From the NCBI GenBank assembly GCA_965208105.1, contig OZ242318.1, positions 1,440,001-1,504,000 on the forward strand: DNA of 64,000 nt. Reading direction: 5' to 3'. This document shows positions 29,576 through 39,596 of the stretch, piece after piece (position 1 is the stretch's first letter; the number at the start of each line of letters is the position of its first letter). The DNA is from Candidatus Latescibacterota bacterium (GTDB lineage: Bacteria; Latescibacterota; UBA2968; UBA8231). Below the pieces are notes generated by a model that made no database searches, had not been told where the DNA came from, and saw only the letters and a list, made by a program, of their open reading frames with translations. The translations under genes were made by a program, and so were the position numbers.

Positions 29576-32500
29576 TCAGGGACGGCGGTCCAGAAGCGAG
29601 TACACCGTGGGAATCACGATCAAGGTCAGGACTGTCGAACTGGTCAGGCCCACGATCACCGTGAGGGCCATGGGAGTGCGGATCTCGGCTCCCTCCCCCA
29701 ATCCCAGCGCCATGGGCAGCAGGGCCAGCACGGTTGTCGCGGTGGTCATGAAAATGGGGCGCAGGCGGACCCTGCCCGCCCGCACAATGGCCTCGGTCTT
29801 CTCGAGGCCGCCGCGCCTGAGGGTGTTGATGTAGTCAACCAGCACGATCGCATTGTTGACCACGATTCCGGCCAGCATTATCAGCCCGATGAAGACCACC
29901 ACGCTCAAGGCCACGCCGCCGGCGTAGAGCGCCGCCACCACCCCGATCAAGGCCAGGGGAACGGTGAACATGATGACCAGGGGATGCACCATCGACTCGA
30001 ACTGGGCGGCCATGACGATGTAGACGAGGAAGACGGCCAGGGAAAGGGCGAAGACCAGGCTGCGCAGCGAGGTTTCCATTTCACGGTTCTGGCCCCCGAC
30101 GAGATAGCTGAAGCCGGCGGGGTAGTCCAGGTGGCGCAGGGCCGCGGCGATATTCCTCGACGCGGTGCCCAGATCGGTTCCGCTGATGTTGGCGCTGATC
30201 AGTGCCGCCCGCTGCTGGTCGATCCGGCGAATCTCGCTGGGACCATCGCTTACCCGGATTTTCGCCACCGCATCCAGCGGGATGGGAACGTCTCCCTCCG
30301 GATTGATCACCAGACGTCCGAGATCCTCCACTGCGAGGCGATCCACCTCCTGCAGCCGCACCAGAATAGGGATCTGGTGCTCGCCGTGGTGATAGCGGGT
30401 GGGCACCCTCCCCTGCACCTTGTTGCGCACCAGCTCGGCCACATCCTTCAGGCTCAGGCCGTACCCGGCCAGGCGCTCGCGGTTGTAGCTGATCTGCAGC
30501 TCGGGATTTCCCGGCTGCAGGGAGGATCTGACGTCGGAGAGGCCGGGAAGGGCCCCCAGCGCGGCCTTGGCCTCGCCGGCCAGTCTCCTCAGGACGCGCA
30601 GCTCGTGTCCGTGAATCTCCACTTCCACCGGAGTCTTGAAGCTGAAGATGGTTGGACGCGAGACCTCGATTTCCACCTCGGGCAGATCCGCCAGGTCGAC
30701 TCGCAGGCGCTCGATGAGAACCCTTTCCTCGAGCGGGTCCGCACCATCCTTCATCTGGACGGTGACCACGCCTGTGTGCTCGCCCTCGGATGCCCCGCTT
30801 CTTGCCGTCCCCTCCGTTCCCACCGTGGTGAAGACCCGCCGCACCGCGGCATCCCGGAGAACTATCTCCTCCACCTCCCGCAAAACCCCGGCAGTCTTGT
30901 CCAGGGGAGACCCCACCGGCAGCGAGATTTCCAGGTTGAACTCGCCCTGGTGCACCTGGGGGATCAGTTCGCGTCCCAGCTCCGGCACCAGCTTGATCCA
31001 GCACACCAGGAAACATCCAAGGGCAACGGCTATCACCGCCAGACGCCGGCGCAACGCCCAGGCCAGAAGTGCCGGATATGCCCGCTGCACGGGTGCGAAA
31101 ACCCGCTCGAAGAGGAAGAGAAACGGCAGGACCAGGGGCGGCAGAACCATTCCCGCCAGCATGAGCGAGGCGGTCAGGACGAGGGCGCAAAGAAGAACTC
31201 CCACCTGCAAAACGATGGCGGCCAGGCGCAGGACGGTCTGCAGGACGAAGCGGAGGGCGAGATAGGTCAGTACCAGGGGCATGGGAAGGGCACGGATCAG
31301 GGTCCGCACGGTCCCACCGGCGGGGATCCAGCCGCGGTAGCGATGAATTGCCGAGGCCAGGTCCGCGGCTGACCCGAAGCTTAGAATCCGCGGCCAGACC
31401 CGGTGGAAAAGGTTGCGGGGGCCGCCCTGGTCGGCCGCCGCCCATAAGCTCACCGTGGTCTGGAAGGTGCGCCCGGGCTTGATCCACAGGCACTCGATGG
31501 GCTTGGCCAGCCACCAGAGCAGCTCGAAGAGCAGGATTGCCGCCGCCTTCACCACCGCCGCTGCCAGGGTGGCAACGGCCGCGAAGAGGCGCCAGAGCAC
31601 CTCGTAAACCAGATAGGGCGCCGCGGCTGCGGCGCCGGCGAGACGCCTGCCCAGCGGCCGGGAACGGTCGGATAAGGCGGCGCGACCGCGCTCCAGGGCC
31701 TGGAGCTGCAGGAATTCGCTGTGCCGCGCCTGCTCCAGCAGGCTGCCCTGGTCCCGGCGCAGTTGGCGGGAAGCCAGCATGGGCACGAAGTAGAGCGCCA
31801 CAACCAGCGAGGCCAACAGCGAGAAGACCACGGTCAGGGCCATGTCTCCGAAGACCTGGCCGGCAATGCCTTCGACGAAGGCAATGGGAAAGAATACCGC
31901 AATGGTGGTAAGGGTCGAGGCGAAGACCGCGCTGCCCACCTCACCCGTCCCGCGCACCGTCGCGCCAACCAGGTCGTCGCCCTCTTCGCGGCAGCGGAAT
32001 ATGCTCTCCAGGACCACGATGGCATTGTCAACCAGCATGCCGATGCCCAGGGCAAGCCCCCCCAGGGACATGATGTTGAGGGAGACCTCGAAGGCGTGCA
32101 TCGGAGCGAAGGTGGCTACGATGGAGACGGGGATGGTCAGGCCGACGATGAGGGTGTGGACGACGTTGCGCAGAAACACGAAGAGGACCACGATGGCCAT
32201 GGCCCCCCCGAGAAGGGCGCTCTTCTGCACCTCCTCGATGGAGTGCTCGATAAAGACGGACTGATCGGAAAGGACTTCCAGTTCCGCTCCGGAAGGCAGC
32301 ATGTAGGTGATGAAGTCGGTCATGCGCAGGTGTTCCATGGTGCGCATGGCGGCCTCGCGCTTCTTGTCCTTGAGGTCGTCTTCCTCCCCCTCCTCCTCTT
32401 CTACCTTCTCCTCTTCCTCCTTTTCCTTCTCCGTTTTCAGGTTCTCGACGTAAGCCCGTTGCTCCGGAAGGCCGAAGAGGCGGTGGTTGATTCGCCTTGC

Positions 32501-33412
32501 CACTGCGACGATGTTGGCGTCGGCTTCCTTGTAGACCTCGATCTCCACGCTCTCGCGGCCATTGACCCTGGTAATGACCTCGCGGTCCTTGTGAGCGAGA
32601 GAGACGCGGGCGATGTCCCCGAGGTGGATCCCGGCCTCGTCCCGGCGAGCAACCACGAGCCCGGAGATTTCATCGATCGATTCCAGCTCGTTGAGGGTGC
32701 GGATCAGGTACTCCACCTGGCCCTCGCGCAGACTTCCTCCGGGCAAATTGATGTTGCTCTGGGCAAGGAGGGTGTTGATTTCCGCGATATCGATGCCCAT
32801 GAGGGCCATCTGGCGCTCGTTGAGCTCCACGTGGATTTCCTCCTCCAGGCCACCCCTGACCCTGACCGCGGCCACACCCTGCACGCTTTCCAACTGGCGC
32901 TTGATTTCGTGCTCGGCCAAATGGCGCAGTTGGTAAAGGGTCGGGGAGCCGTGGAGGCCGATGCGCATGATCGGGTCGAGCGAGGGGTCGTAGCGCAGCA
33001 GCAGGGGCCTTTTGGCTTCGGGGGGCAGTCCCACCCGGTCCACCTTTTCGCGGACGTCCTGGGAGGCGGCGTTCATGTCCGTGTCCCAGTCGAACTCGAG
33101 GATTACGTCGGACTGTCCCGCCCTGGATATGGAGCTGATGCTGACCAGGCGGCGCACGATTCCCAGCTCCTGCTCGAGAGGACGTGAGACGAGATTCTCG
33201 ATTTCCTCGGGAGCGGTTCCGGGGAACTCGGTGCGCACGGTCAGGGTGGGATAGGTGATGGTGGGCATCAAATCGAGGGAGAGGCGCTGGTAGGACACCC
33301 ACCCGAAGACGCAGACCGCCAGGACCACCATGAGAATGGCCACAGGCCGGCGGGTGGTTATGGCGAAGCGCGAATGGCCCGGTCCGCGTGAATCGGTGCC
33401 TCGTTCAGTCAA
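29576..33412 (-). CDS. RND efflux transporter permease with insertions
   Basis: RRPVA, LVDNAIVVLESI, RLRPIFMTT; 1278 aa. Confidence 0.92.
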   Translation of the reverse strand: MTERGTDSRGPGHSRFAITTRRPVAILMVVLAVCVFGWVSYQRLSLDLMPTITYPTLTVRTEFPGTAPEEIENLVSRPLEQELGIVRRLVSISSISRAGQSDVILEFDWDTDMNAASQDVREKVDRVGLPPEAKRPLLLRYDPSLDPIMRIGLHGSPTLYQLRHLAEHEIKRQLESVQGVAAVRVRGGLEEEIHVELNERQMALMGIDIAEINTLLAQSNINLPGGSLREGQVEYLIRTLNELESIDEISGLVVARRDEAGIHLGDIARVSLAHKDREVITRVNGRESVEIEVYKEADANIVAVARRINHRLFGLPEQRAYVENLKTEKEKEEEEKVEEEEGEEDDLKDKKREAAMRTMEHLRMTDFITYMLPSGAELEVLSDQSVFIEHSIEEVQKSALLGGAMAIVVLFVFLRNVVHTLIVGLTIPVSIVATFAPMHAFEVSLNIMSLGGLALGIGMLVDNAIVVLESIFRCREEGDDLVGATVRGTGEVGSAVFASTLTTIAVFFPIAFVEGIAGQVFGDMALTVVFSLLASLVVALYFVPMLASRQLRRDQGSLLEQARHSEFLQLQALERGRAALSDRSRPLGRRLAGAAAAAPYLVYEVLWRLFAAVATLAAAVVKAAAILLFELLWWLAKPIECLWIKPGRTFQTTVSLWAAADQGGPRNLFHRVWPRILSFGSAADLASAIHRYRGWIPAGGTVRTLIRALPMPLVLTYLALRFVLQTVLRLAAIVLQVGVLLCALVLTASLMLAGMVLPPLVLPFLFLFERVFAPVQRAYPALLAWALRRRLAVIAVALGCFLVCWIKLVPELGRELIPQVHQGEFNLEISLPVGSPLDKTAGVLREVEEIVLRDAAVRRVFTTVGTEGTARSGASEGEHTGVVTVQMKDGADPLEERVLIERLRVDLADLPEVEIEVSRPTIFSFKTPVEVEIHGHELRVLRRLAGEAKAALGALPGLSDVRSSLQPGNPELQISYNRERLAGYGLSLKDVAELVRNKVQGRVPTRYHHGEHQIPILVRLQEVDRLAVEDLGRLVINPEGDVPIPLDAVAKIRVSDGPSEIRRIDQQRAALISANISGTDLGTASRNIAAALRHLDYPAGFSYLVGGQNREMETSLRSLVFALSLAVFLVYIVMAAQFESMVHPLVIMFTVPLALIGVVAALYAGGVALSVVVFIGLIMLAGIVVNNAIVLVDYINTLRRGGLEKTEAIVRAGRVRLRPIFMTTATTVLALLPMALGLGEGAEIRTPMALTVIVGLTSSTVLTLIVIPTVYSLLDRRP

Positions 33413-33421
33413 CGGGCTCGG

Positions 33422-34621
33422 CTACTCCTGGCTGGAACCGGCGTGGACGATCCTGACCCTGGCCCCATCCTTCAACCCGGTCTGCCCCACCACGATGACG
33501 GGGGTGCCCGGGCGCACCGCGGACAGCGCTTCGATGTATTCGCTGTTCTCGAATCCGGCGTCGAGCCTGATGCGCGCCGCCGTGCTGTCCTCGACCAGGT
33601 AGATGAACTTGTCGCCGCCCTCGTATATCACCGCCTCCTTTGGAACCAGCACGGCATTTTCGTGGGTGTCGGTGATGATCCTCACCTTCACGAAGATTCC
33701 CGGACGCAGGTACTCCCAGTGGTCCCTCACTCCCACCGTTACCTTGAAGGTGCCGCTCTTGGGGTCCACCACCGGACTGATGCGCTTGACCCGGCCCTCG
33801 AAGCTCCTTCCCTCGAGGAACTCGGAGGTGATGACCGCCACCTGCCCGGCGCGGACGGATGTCAGGTACTGCCCGGGCACGAAGACGCGGGCGATCATGG
33901 CGTCGAGCTTGACCAGGGCGAAGAGCTTCTTGCCCGAGGTGGTGCTGGCCCCCACCTGAACGTGGCGTTCGGTGATGACCCCCGAGAATGGGGCGCGAAT
34001 CACGGCGTGTTCCAGCTCCATCCGCGCTTTCTGGTGGCGCAGGCGGGCCTGTTCCAGGGCGAAGCGCTTGTCCTCGTATTCCTGGTCGCTGATCAATTTG
34101 CGCCGGAACATCTCCTCCATGCGCTCGAAGCCGCCGCTCAAATGGCTCAGGTTCACCTCGCTCTCGCGCGCGGCGACCCTGAGCTCGTCGTCGTCGATGA
34201 GAACCAGGGTGTCCCCGGCTTCGACGCGGTCGCCTTCTTCCGCCCTGATCGCTCTTACCAGGTGTCCGCTGAGCCGGGAGTGGATCTCGACCGCGGCCTC
34301 GGTCTCTATGGTCGAGCTGAAGAGCAGATGAGAGGAAATGGGTGCCCTGACGGCGGCCGAGGTCTCCACCGGGATGGCGGGGGCGATCCGGTCCAGGGAA
34401 TCGGTGCCGGCGCTGTCGGCGAGGGTGCTGTCGGCGCCCGCGTCCCCCTTCGCCGAGGATCCCTCCTCGCCGTTCCCCTCGCCGGAATCGCAACTGGCAG
34501 CGAGGGCACAGAGGACAACCACGGCCATGCGGCCGATCCATGCATTCACGATTTTTCCAAGGCGGAAAATCCCTTGCCGCAACGCCTGTGAGGCTTGTCT
34601 ATGGTCCCGAAAATAATACAT
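33422..34621 (-). CDS. RND periplasmic adaptor (membrane fusion protein)
   Basis: EGDRVEAGDTL, IRAPFSGVI, ISPVVDPKSGTF; lipobox-like LAASC; true start may be downstream. Confidence 0.88.
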   Translation of the reverse strand: MYYFRDHRQASQALRQGIFRLGKIVNAWIGRMAVVVLCALAASCDSGEGNGEEGSSAKGDAGADSTLADSAGTDSLDRIAPAIPVETSAAVRAPISSHLLFSSTIETEAAVEIHSRLSGHLVRAIRAEEGDRVEAGDTLVLIDDDELRVAARESEVNLSHLSGGFERMEEMFRRKLISDQEYEDKRFALEQARLRHQKARMELEHAVIRAPFSGVITERHVQVGASTTSGKKLFALVKLDAMIARVFVPGQYLTSVRAGQVAVITSEFLEGRSFEGRVKRISPVVDPKSGTFKVTVGVRDHWEYLRPGIFVKVRIITDTHENAVLVPKEAVIYEGGDKFIYLVEDSTAARIRLDAGFENSEYIEALSAVRPGTPVIVVGQTGLKDGARVRIVHAGSSQE

Positions 34622-34729
34622 TTATAAAGGATAGTCGAAGAAACCCAAAAGGGTGAACAGTGTCAAGTAGCTCACCCGCTCCCTGATCATGGCGAGCATC
34701 AGCATGCAAACCCCAAGGAGATCTGTCAC

Positions 34730-35170
34730 ATGAGCTTCAAGAACGTCGATCCGCCCAGGGCCAGGGAATTGCTCGACGGCGACGAGGGCTACACCTACCT
34801 GGACGTGCGGTCGATACCCGAGTTCGAAAACGGCCATCCTGCCGGAGCTGTGAACATCCCCCTTCTGCATCACGACCGCGGTGTTGCGGTCCCCAACCCG
34901 GACTTTCTCAAGGTGGTGGAAACCCATTTCGACCGCAGCGCCAAGATCATCGTCGGCTGTCAGTCCGGGGGGCGCTCGACCCGCGCCGCCGAGGCTTTGA
35001 TCGCTTCGGGCTTCACCGGCATAGTCCACATGGACGGCGGTTTCGGCGGGGCCCGCGACCAACTGGGCCGGGTGGTCACCCGCGGCTGGTCCGAGTCCGG
35101 CCTTCCGGTCGAGCACGGCTCCGCCGAAGGCCGCGGCTACAAGTCCCTGGCCAGCCAGAGCGGGGGGTGA
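34730..35170 (+). CDS. Rhodanese-like protein
   Basis: LDVRSIPEFENGHPAGAVNIP, CQSGGRS; AAGGAG RBS. Confidence 0.9.
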   Translation: MSFKNVDPPRARELLDGDEGYTYLDVRSIPEFENGHPAGAVNIPLLHHDRGVAVPNPDFLKVVETHFDRSAKIIVGCQSGGRSTRAAEALIASGFTGIVHMDGGFGGARDQLGRVVTRGWSESGLPVEHGSAEGRGYKSLASQSGG

Positions 35171-35173
35171 AAA

Positions 35174-35827
35174 ATCGCCGGGCTCAATCCCCTCTTCCAG
35201 GTCGGGCTCGACGTCGCCGGACGCTTCTGCCTGATCGTCGGCGGAGGAGCCGAGGCCGAGGACAAGGCCTCACGCCTGCTTGACGCCGGCGCCCTCCTCA
35301 CCGTGGTCAGTCCGACGGCCGGCCGCAACCTGCAGAAATGGGCGCGGGAGCACAGGCTTACCCTTATCAAGCGCTGCTTCCAACCCCATGACCTGGACCG
35401 CGTCTTCCTGGTGGTCAACACTGTGGCCGGCGACCCCGACCTCACCCGCCAGGTCCAGTCCCTGGCGCGCCGGAGCAAAATCCTGGTCAATTCCTTTGAC
35501 CAGCCTCTCTACTCCGACTTCGGCATGGTCGCTCTTGTAGATCCGGGACATCTGCGCCTGGGCATCAGTACCAGCAATGCTTCCCCCTCCCTGTCGAGCC
35601 GCCTGCGGCAGGACCTGGAGACCCTCTTCGACGACGAGTTCGTCGCCTACCTGGACCAGCTTGCCCGGCTCCGCAGCCACCTCAGGTCGCGCGAGCCGGA
35701 CCCCCGCAAACGCGCCGCCTTGCTGCGGTCCGCGGTAGCGGACTTCCGCCTCGAAGCCCGCCTCCACTATCCCGACAACTGGCGCGAGCGCCTGCAGGCA
35801 CTCCTCGAGGACCACGAGGCCTCCTAG
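35174..35827 (+). CDS. Precorrin-2 dehydrogenase/sirohydrochlorin ferrochelatase (CysG N-terminal/SirC-like); no canonical start codon
   Basis: LFQVGLDVAGRFCLIVGGGAEAEDKASRLLDAGA, LVNSFDQP, ISTSNASP; homology begins upstream of the called ORF, right after the rhodanese TGA in the same frame. Confidence 0.8.
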   Translation: MAGLNPLFQVGLDVAGRFCLIVGGGAEAEDKASRLLDAGALLTVVSPTAGRNLQKWAREHRLTLIKRCFQPHDLDRVFLVVNTVAGDPDLTRQVQSLARRSKILVNSFDQPLYSDFGMVALVDPGHLRLGISTSNASPSLSSRLRQDLETLFDDEFVAYLDQLARLRSHLRSREPDPRKRAALLRSAVADFRLEARLHYPDNWRERLQALLEDHEAS

Positions 35828-35990
35828 TGCCTGCTTGCGCAATTCCGCGTGAATTCGGCCGCCGCTGCATCCCGGCTCGCGGCGTTGCCCTCCCTCGCCG
35901 TACACTCCAGGTACGACTCGCTCAGGCGCCTTGCGAGCCAGGCGCTTCTGCGCCCTCGTTCGTACGCTTACTTACGCAAGCAGGCACTAG
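35824..35990 (-). mobile_element. MITE copy 2 (167 bp)
   Basis: Reverse complement of 24301-24467, one substitution seen; lies between convergent genes. Confidence 0.85.
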
Positions 35991-38044
35991 TGTCCCACGG
36001 GACCCTGGCGCATCACCACGATCTTCCCAATTTTCACCTTCTCTCCGCCCGGCCCGGCTATCAGGTAGACGTATACCCCGCTTCCGACCGAAAATCCGGA
36101 CTCGTTCTGACCGTGCCAGCGCAGAGGTTCCCTGCTGCGCCCGGCGCTGGCCGACCAGACCAGATCGCCACCCAGGGTCATTATGCGCAGCCTCGAGCCC
36201 TGTGGCAGTCCCCCGAAGGACAGAAACCTCTCCCCTCCGGGGCGGTAGGGATTGGGATACACCTTGATTGCGCTCTGCGGGACCAGGCGCAGGCGCTGCA
36301 GGGCCCGGTTGTCCGCCTCGTTGGATTCGGCGATCGCGTCCTCCGGGTCCACCTCGAAGAGGAATACCATCTCTCCGAAGCGGTTCCAGGGAATGGACAC
36401 ATCCTCCACCGCCCCGGCTTCCAGCGGCCCGCCGCCCGCCTCGTCGTATATGGGGCGGCAGTCGCTGGAGTCGGCGGCGCAGCGCGAGACCCGCACCCGG
36501 TAGGAACCCTCGAGCCGGCCGAGGCCGATATTGGCGATCCGCAGGCGCAGATTGTCCCTGGAGTCGGCCCTCAGGTCCCCGCTGAAGACGGCCAGGTTGG
36601 GCTCTCCCTCCTCCACCCCGTACTGGCCCAGGCCGGCCACCACCAGCTGGGTGGCGCGGCGCACCAGCTCGTAGTTGATGCTGTCAGGGACATCGGCAAG
36701 GGTGTGGTACTGTGTGTTGATCCTGTAATCGCCATTGCGCACACCGGGGGTGTCCGGGTCCGTGGGAAGGTAGTTCTCTATGGCGAGAATTGCGTCGTAG
36801 CCGCGCGCCCAGAAGGGGGCGTGATCGCTCAGGCGGGCGGCGGAGTCCTCGAGCACGTCGAGCTTGAGTCCGATGCCGTAGCGCTCGTTGGCCTCCACCA
36901 GCCACTGCACCATCCAGCGGGAGGCGGGATTCGTAACCAGCTCCAGGCGCCGGCGCAGATGGTTGTAGCCGATCATGTCGAAATTCAACACCCCGATGAG
37001 CCTGTCCTCCCGCGCAACGGCCTGCAGGGCATGGGCGCGGCTGCCCCACAGTCCTATTTCCTCGCCGGAGAATGCGATGAATCTCACGGACCAGGGAAAG
37101 GACCGGCCCGCCAGGACGCGTGCGCTCTCCAGCAGCAGGGCAACCCCGCTGGCATTGTCGTCGGCCCCCGGCGCCGGGTCCGAGCGCCAGTCCCACGGGC
37201 CGGGGGTGCGCGAGGCGATGGCGTCGTAGTGGGCGCAGACCACGTAGTGGCCCGCCTCGGGGTCGCTGCCCGGCAAGGTGCCGACCACGTTGCGCATGGA
37301 GACCCCCTGATGATCCATTTCGGGGATGCTGAACTCCTCGATCCGGACCCCCGCGGTGCCCAGGTACTCGGCCATGCGGTCGCGGATATAGGCCGCCGCC
37401 TCCAGCGTCTCGGAGCGGAGGGCGTATCGGGTGCGCAGGTTGTCCCCCGTGCTCTCCCTGTCCGGATCGATCAGGGCCAGTACCCTGACGTGGCGCTCGA
37501 GATTCTCCACCTCCACCCGGGCCATGAGCTCCGCCACCGTCCCCGCCGCCAGGGTGGTCGGCTTTGGCCGGGGAACAGTCTCCAGCCAACCCCTCAAGCT
37601 GTAGCTTTCGGGGAGGGGCCAGAGGAAATCATGACTCTCGAGGGCTGCGGCGAAACCTGCCCGGGGAAGGCGCAGCAGGGCCCATTCAGAACCTTCTGCG
37701 TGGAGCAGGACAGCTCCCGCCCGGAGAGGGAGTTCCAGGTGTTCGGTGAGGTAATAGGCGTCCCCGGGAGCGGGACGGTCGATCAGGAAGGGATGGAACC
37801 CCTGCGCCCGGAGCCGGCGCAGGCCGTCATCGTCGTCGGCGGCGAAGATCAGGCCCGGGGCCGCATAGCGCACCTGCGGAGCCACGGCCGCGATGGCGCG
37901 CAACTGCCGGTTGGAAGACCAGGAGATCCCCAGGAGGAGATCGGCATGCAGGAGGCTGGGGCAGTTGAGAAGAAGCAGGAAGGAGAATACGGCTGTGCTG
38001 CGCCGGGCGGCGCGCCGGATCGCTCCTTCAGGCGCTGTCACCAC
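35987..38044 (-). CDS. M28-family metallopeptidase with CARDB and FlgD-Ig/'YPNP' C-terminal domain
   Basis: AHYD, GADDNASG, GEEIGLWGS, DMIGY, SDHAPF, YHT; ESNEADN (CARDB); IKVYPNPY...GVYVY. Confidence 0.85.
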   Translation of the reverse strand: MVTAPEGAIRRAARRSTAVFSFLLLLNCPSLLHADLLLGISWSSNRQLRAIAAVAPQVRYAAPGLIFAADDDDGLRRLRAQGFHPFLIDRPAPGDAYYLTEHLELPLRAGAVLLHAEGSEWALLRLPRAGFAAALESHDFLWPLPESYSLRGWLETVPRPKPTTLAAGTVAELMARVEVENLERHVRVLALIDPDRESTGDNLRTRYALRSETLEAAAYIRDRMAEYLGTAGVRIEEFSIPEMDHQGVSMRNVVGTLPGSDPEAGHYVVCAHYDAIASRTPGPWDWRSDPAPGADDNASGVALLLESARVLAGRSFPWSVRFIAFSGEEIGLWGSRAHALQAVAREDRLIGVLNFDMIGYNHLRRRLELVTNPASRWMVQWLVEANERYGIGLKLDVLEDSAARLSDHAPFWARGYDAILAIENYLPTDPDTPGVRNGDYRINTQYHTLADVPDSINYELVRRATQLVVAGLGQYGVEEGEPNLAVFSGDLRADSRDNLRLRIANIGLGRLEGSYRVRVSRCAADSSDCRPIYDEAGGGPLEAGAVEDVSIPWNRFGEMVFLFEVDPEDAIAESNEADNRALQRLRLVPQSAIKVYPNPYRPGGERFLSFGGLPQGSRLRIMTLGGDLVWSASAGRSREPLRWHGQNESGFSVGSGVYVYLIAGPGGEKVKIGKIVVMRQGPVGH

Positions 38045-38065
38045 CGCGCGTCGTCCGGCCCATTC

Positions 38066-38425
38066 CTACTGCCTCCCCATTGCATCAGGGGCGGTATCTT
38101 CGGGGGTGGACGAAGCGGCCGGGGTGTCTGCGGGGCGCGCCTGGTGCAGCGCTTCCTTGAGCAGGCGGCCGGGCTTGAAGTGGGTCTTGCGCCGGGCGGG
38201 AACGTAGATGATCTCCCCGGTGCGGGGGTTTCTGGCCGCCGGCTTGGGCCGGGTGTTCTTGACCTGGAACACGCCGAATCCCCTGATCTCTATGCGGTTG
38301 CCGTTGATCAGGCTGTCCCGCATGGCAACGAAAAGACTATCGACCACCTTGGCTGCCAGATTCTTTTTGCACCCTGTGCTGCGGCTGACGAGAAAGGCCA
38401 ACTCCTTCTTGGTGATGGTAGACAA
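38066..38425 (-). CDS. HU/IHF-family DNA-binding protein (IHF beta-like)
   Basis: TKKEL, RIEIRGFGVF, ARNPRTGE, HFKPG; TTG start with AGGAGG RBS. Confidence 0.9.
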   Translation of the reverse strand: MSTITKKELAFLVSRSTGCKKNLAAKVVDSLFVAMRDSLINGNRIEIRGFGVFQVKNTRPKPAARNPRTGEIIYVPARRKTHFKPGRLLKEALHQARPADTPAASSTPEDTAPDAMGRQ

Positions 38426-38683
38426 TGGCGCACCTCCTGGAGAACGAATTGGCGCCGCGCACATCTGCTGCAACGCAGGTTGAAATATAGTTTACTTGTT
38501 GAGAAACAAAGCCTTAAATACTCTTAGGGGAAATTACGACTCCTGCAGACCTGTGTCAAGAAAAATATTACAAACCACCTATTTTCCCGATAGTTACAGA
38601 TAAACCGGGCTTGTTTTCCCGAGGCGATTGCTTATAGTTGGAAACTCTCCCAATTCAGTCGATACAGCCCTCTTCGAGGATGC

Positions 38684-39520
38684 TTGAAATCCACCTTTGA
38701 CGCCATCTTCGTTCTGCCCCGGCCGCTCAACTGCCTGATCACCGCCCTGGCCGTCTATGTCGGCGCCTTCACCGCCGGTGTGCGCTGGCCATCCGCCCCG
38801 GTTCTGCTGGCCGCCCTCTCCGCCGCCCTCATCGCCGCGGCCGGCTACATCTCCAACGATTTGAAGGATGTCGACATCGACCGCATCAACCGGCCGGGCC
38901 GCCCCCTGCCCGCGGGAAGGATCGGCCGGCGCGCCGCCGCCCTGGAAGCGTGGCTCTGCGCTCTCACCGGGCTTGGACTGGCATGGTGGCTGGGGCCCCT
39001 TGCCGGCCTCGCCGCCGGCGCCATCGCCCTCGGCCTCGTGGCCTACAACCTGTTCCTCAAGCGCAGGGCCTTCTGGGGAAATCTGCTCATCGCCGCCCTG
39101 AGCTCCGCGGCATTCCCCTACGGAGCCCTGGCGGCGGGCTCCCCTGGGCGCTCGTGGATTCCCGCGGGTTTTGCCCTGCTCTTTCACTGGGGGCGGGAGA
39201 TCATCAAGGACATGGAAGATATGGAGGGTGACCGCGCCCGCGGTGCCCGCACCCTTCCCCTGCTGTGGGGTCGGAAAAGGGCCATTCTACTGGCCTCCGC
39301 CGTATATTCGCTCCTTATCGCCTTCACCCTGCTTCCCTGGCTGCTGGATCTCTACGGAATGGCCTACCTGCTGCTGGTCCTGGGCGTCGATGCGGCCCTG
39401 CTGTGGACCGTATTCCAGCTCCACCGGGGAGAAGCCGGCAGGACTCCGTCGAGCCTGAACCCCCTCCTGAAGGCCGCAATGTTTCTGGGCTTACTGGCGA
39501 TTGTAGCCGGCGAGGCGTAG
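38684..39520 (+). CDS. UbiA-family prenyltransferase, DGGGP-synthase-like
   Basis: RPLNC, NDLKDVDIDRINRPGRPLP, REIIKDMEDMEGD. Confidence 0.8.
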   Translation: MKSTFDAIFVLPRPLNCLITALAVYVGAFTAGVRWPSAPVLLAALSAALIAAAGYISNDLKDVDIDRINRPGRPLPAGRIGRRAAALEAWLCALTGLGLAWWLGPLAGLAAGAIALGLVAYNLFLKRRAFWGNLLIAALSSAAFPYGALAAGSPGRSWIPAGFALLFHWGREIIKDMEDMEGDRARGARTLPLLWGRKRAILLASAVYSLLIAFTLLPWLLDLYGMAYLLLVLGVDAALLWTVFQLHRGEAGRTPSSLNPLLKAAMFLGLLAIVAGEA

Positions 39521-39596
39521 TTTTACAGCTTTCGGCAAGGTTCCCGCCCGGCGGCAGAGCGCCGGCTTCCACGGGATCCGGAAAGGCCTGTATACC

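Noticed and set aside
38480-38680. AT-rich tract as a possible ncRNA or origin
   Set aside because: Explained as the divergent promoter region of the IHF-like and UbiA genes; no DnaA-box cluster or clear RNA fold seen.
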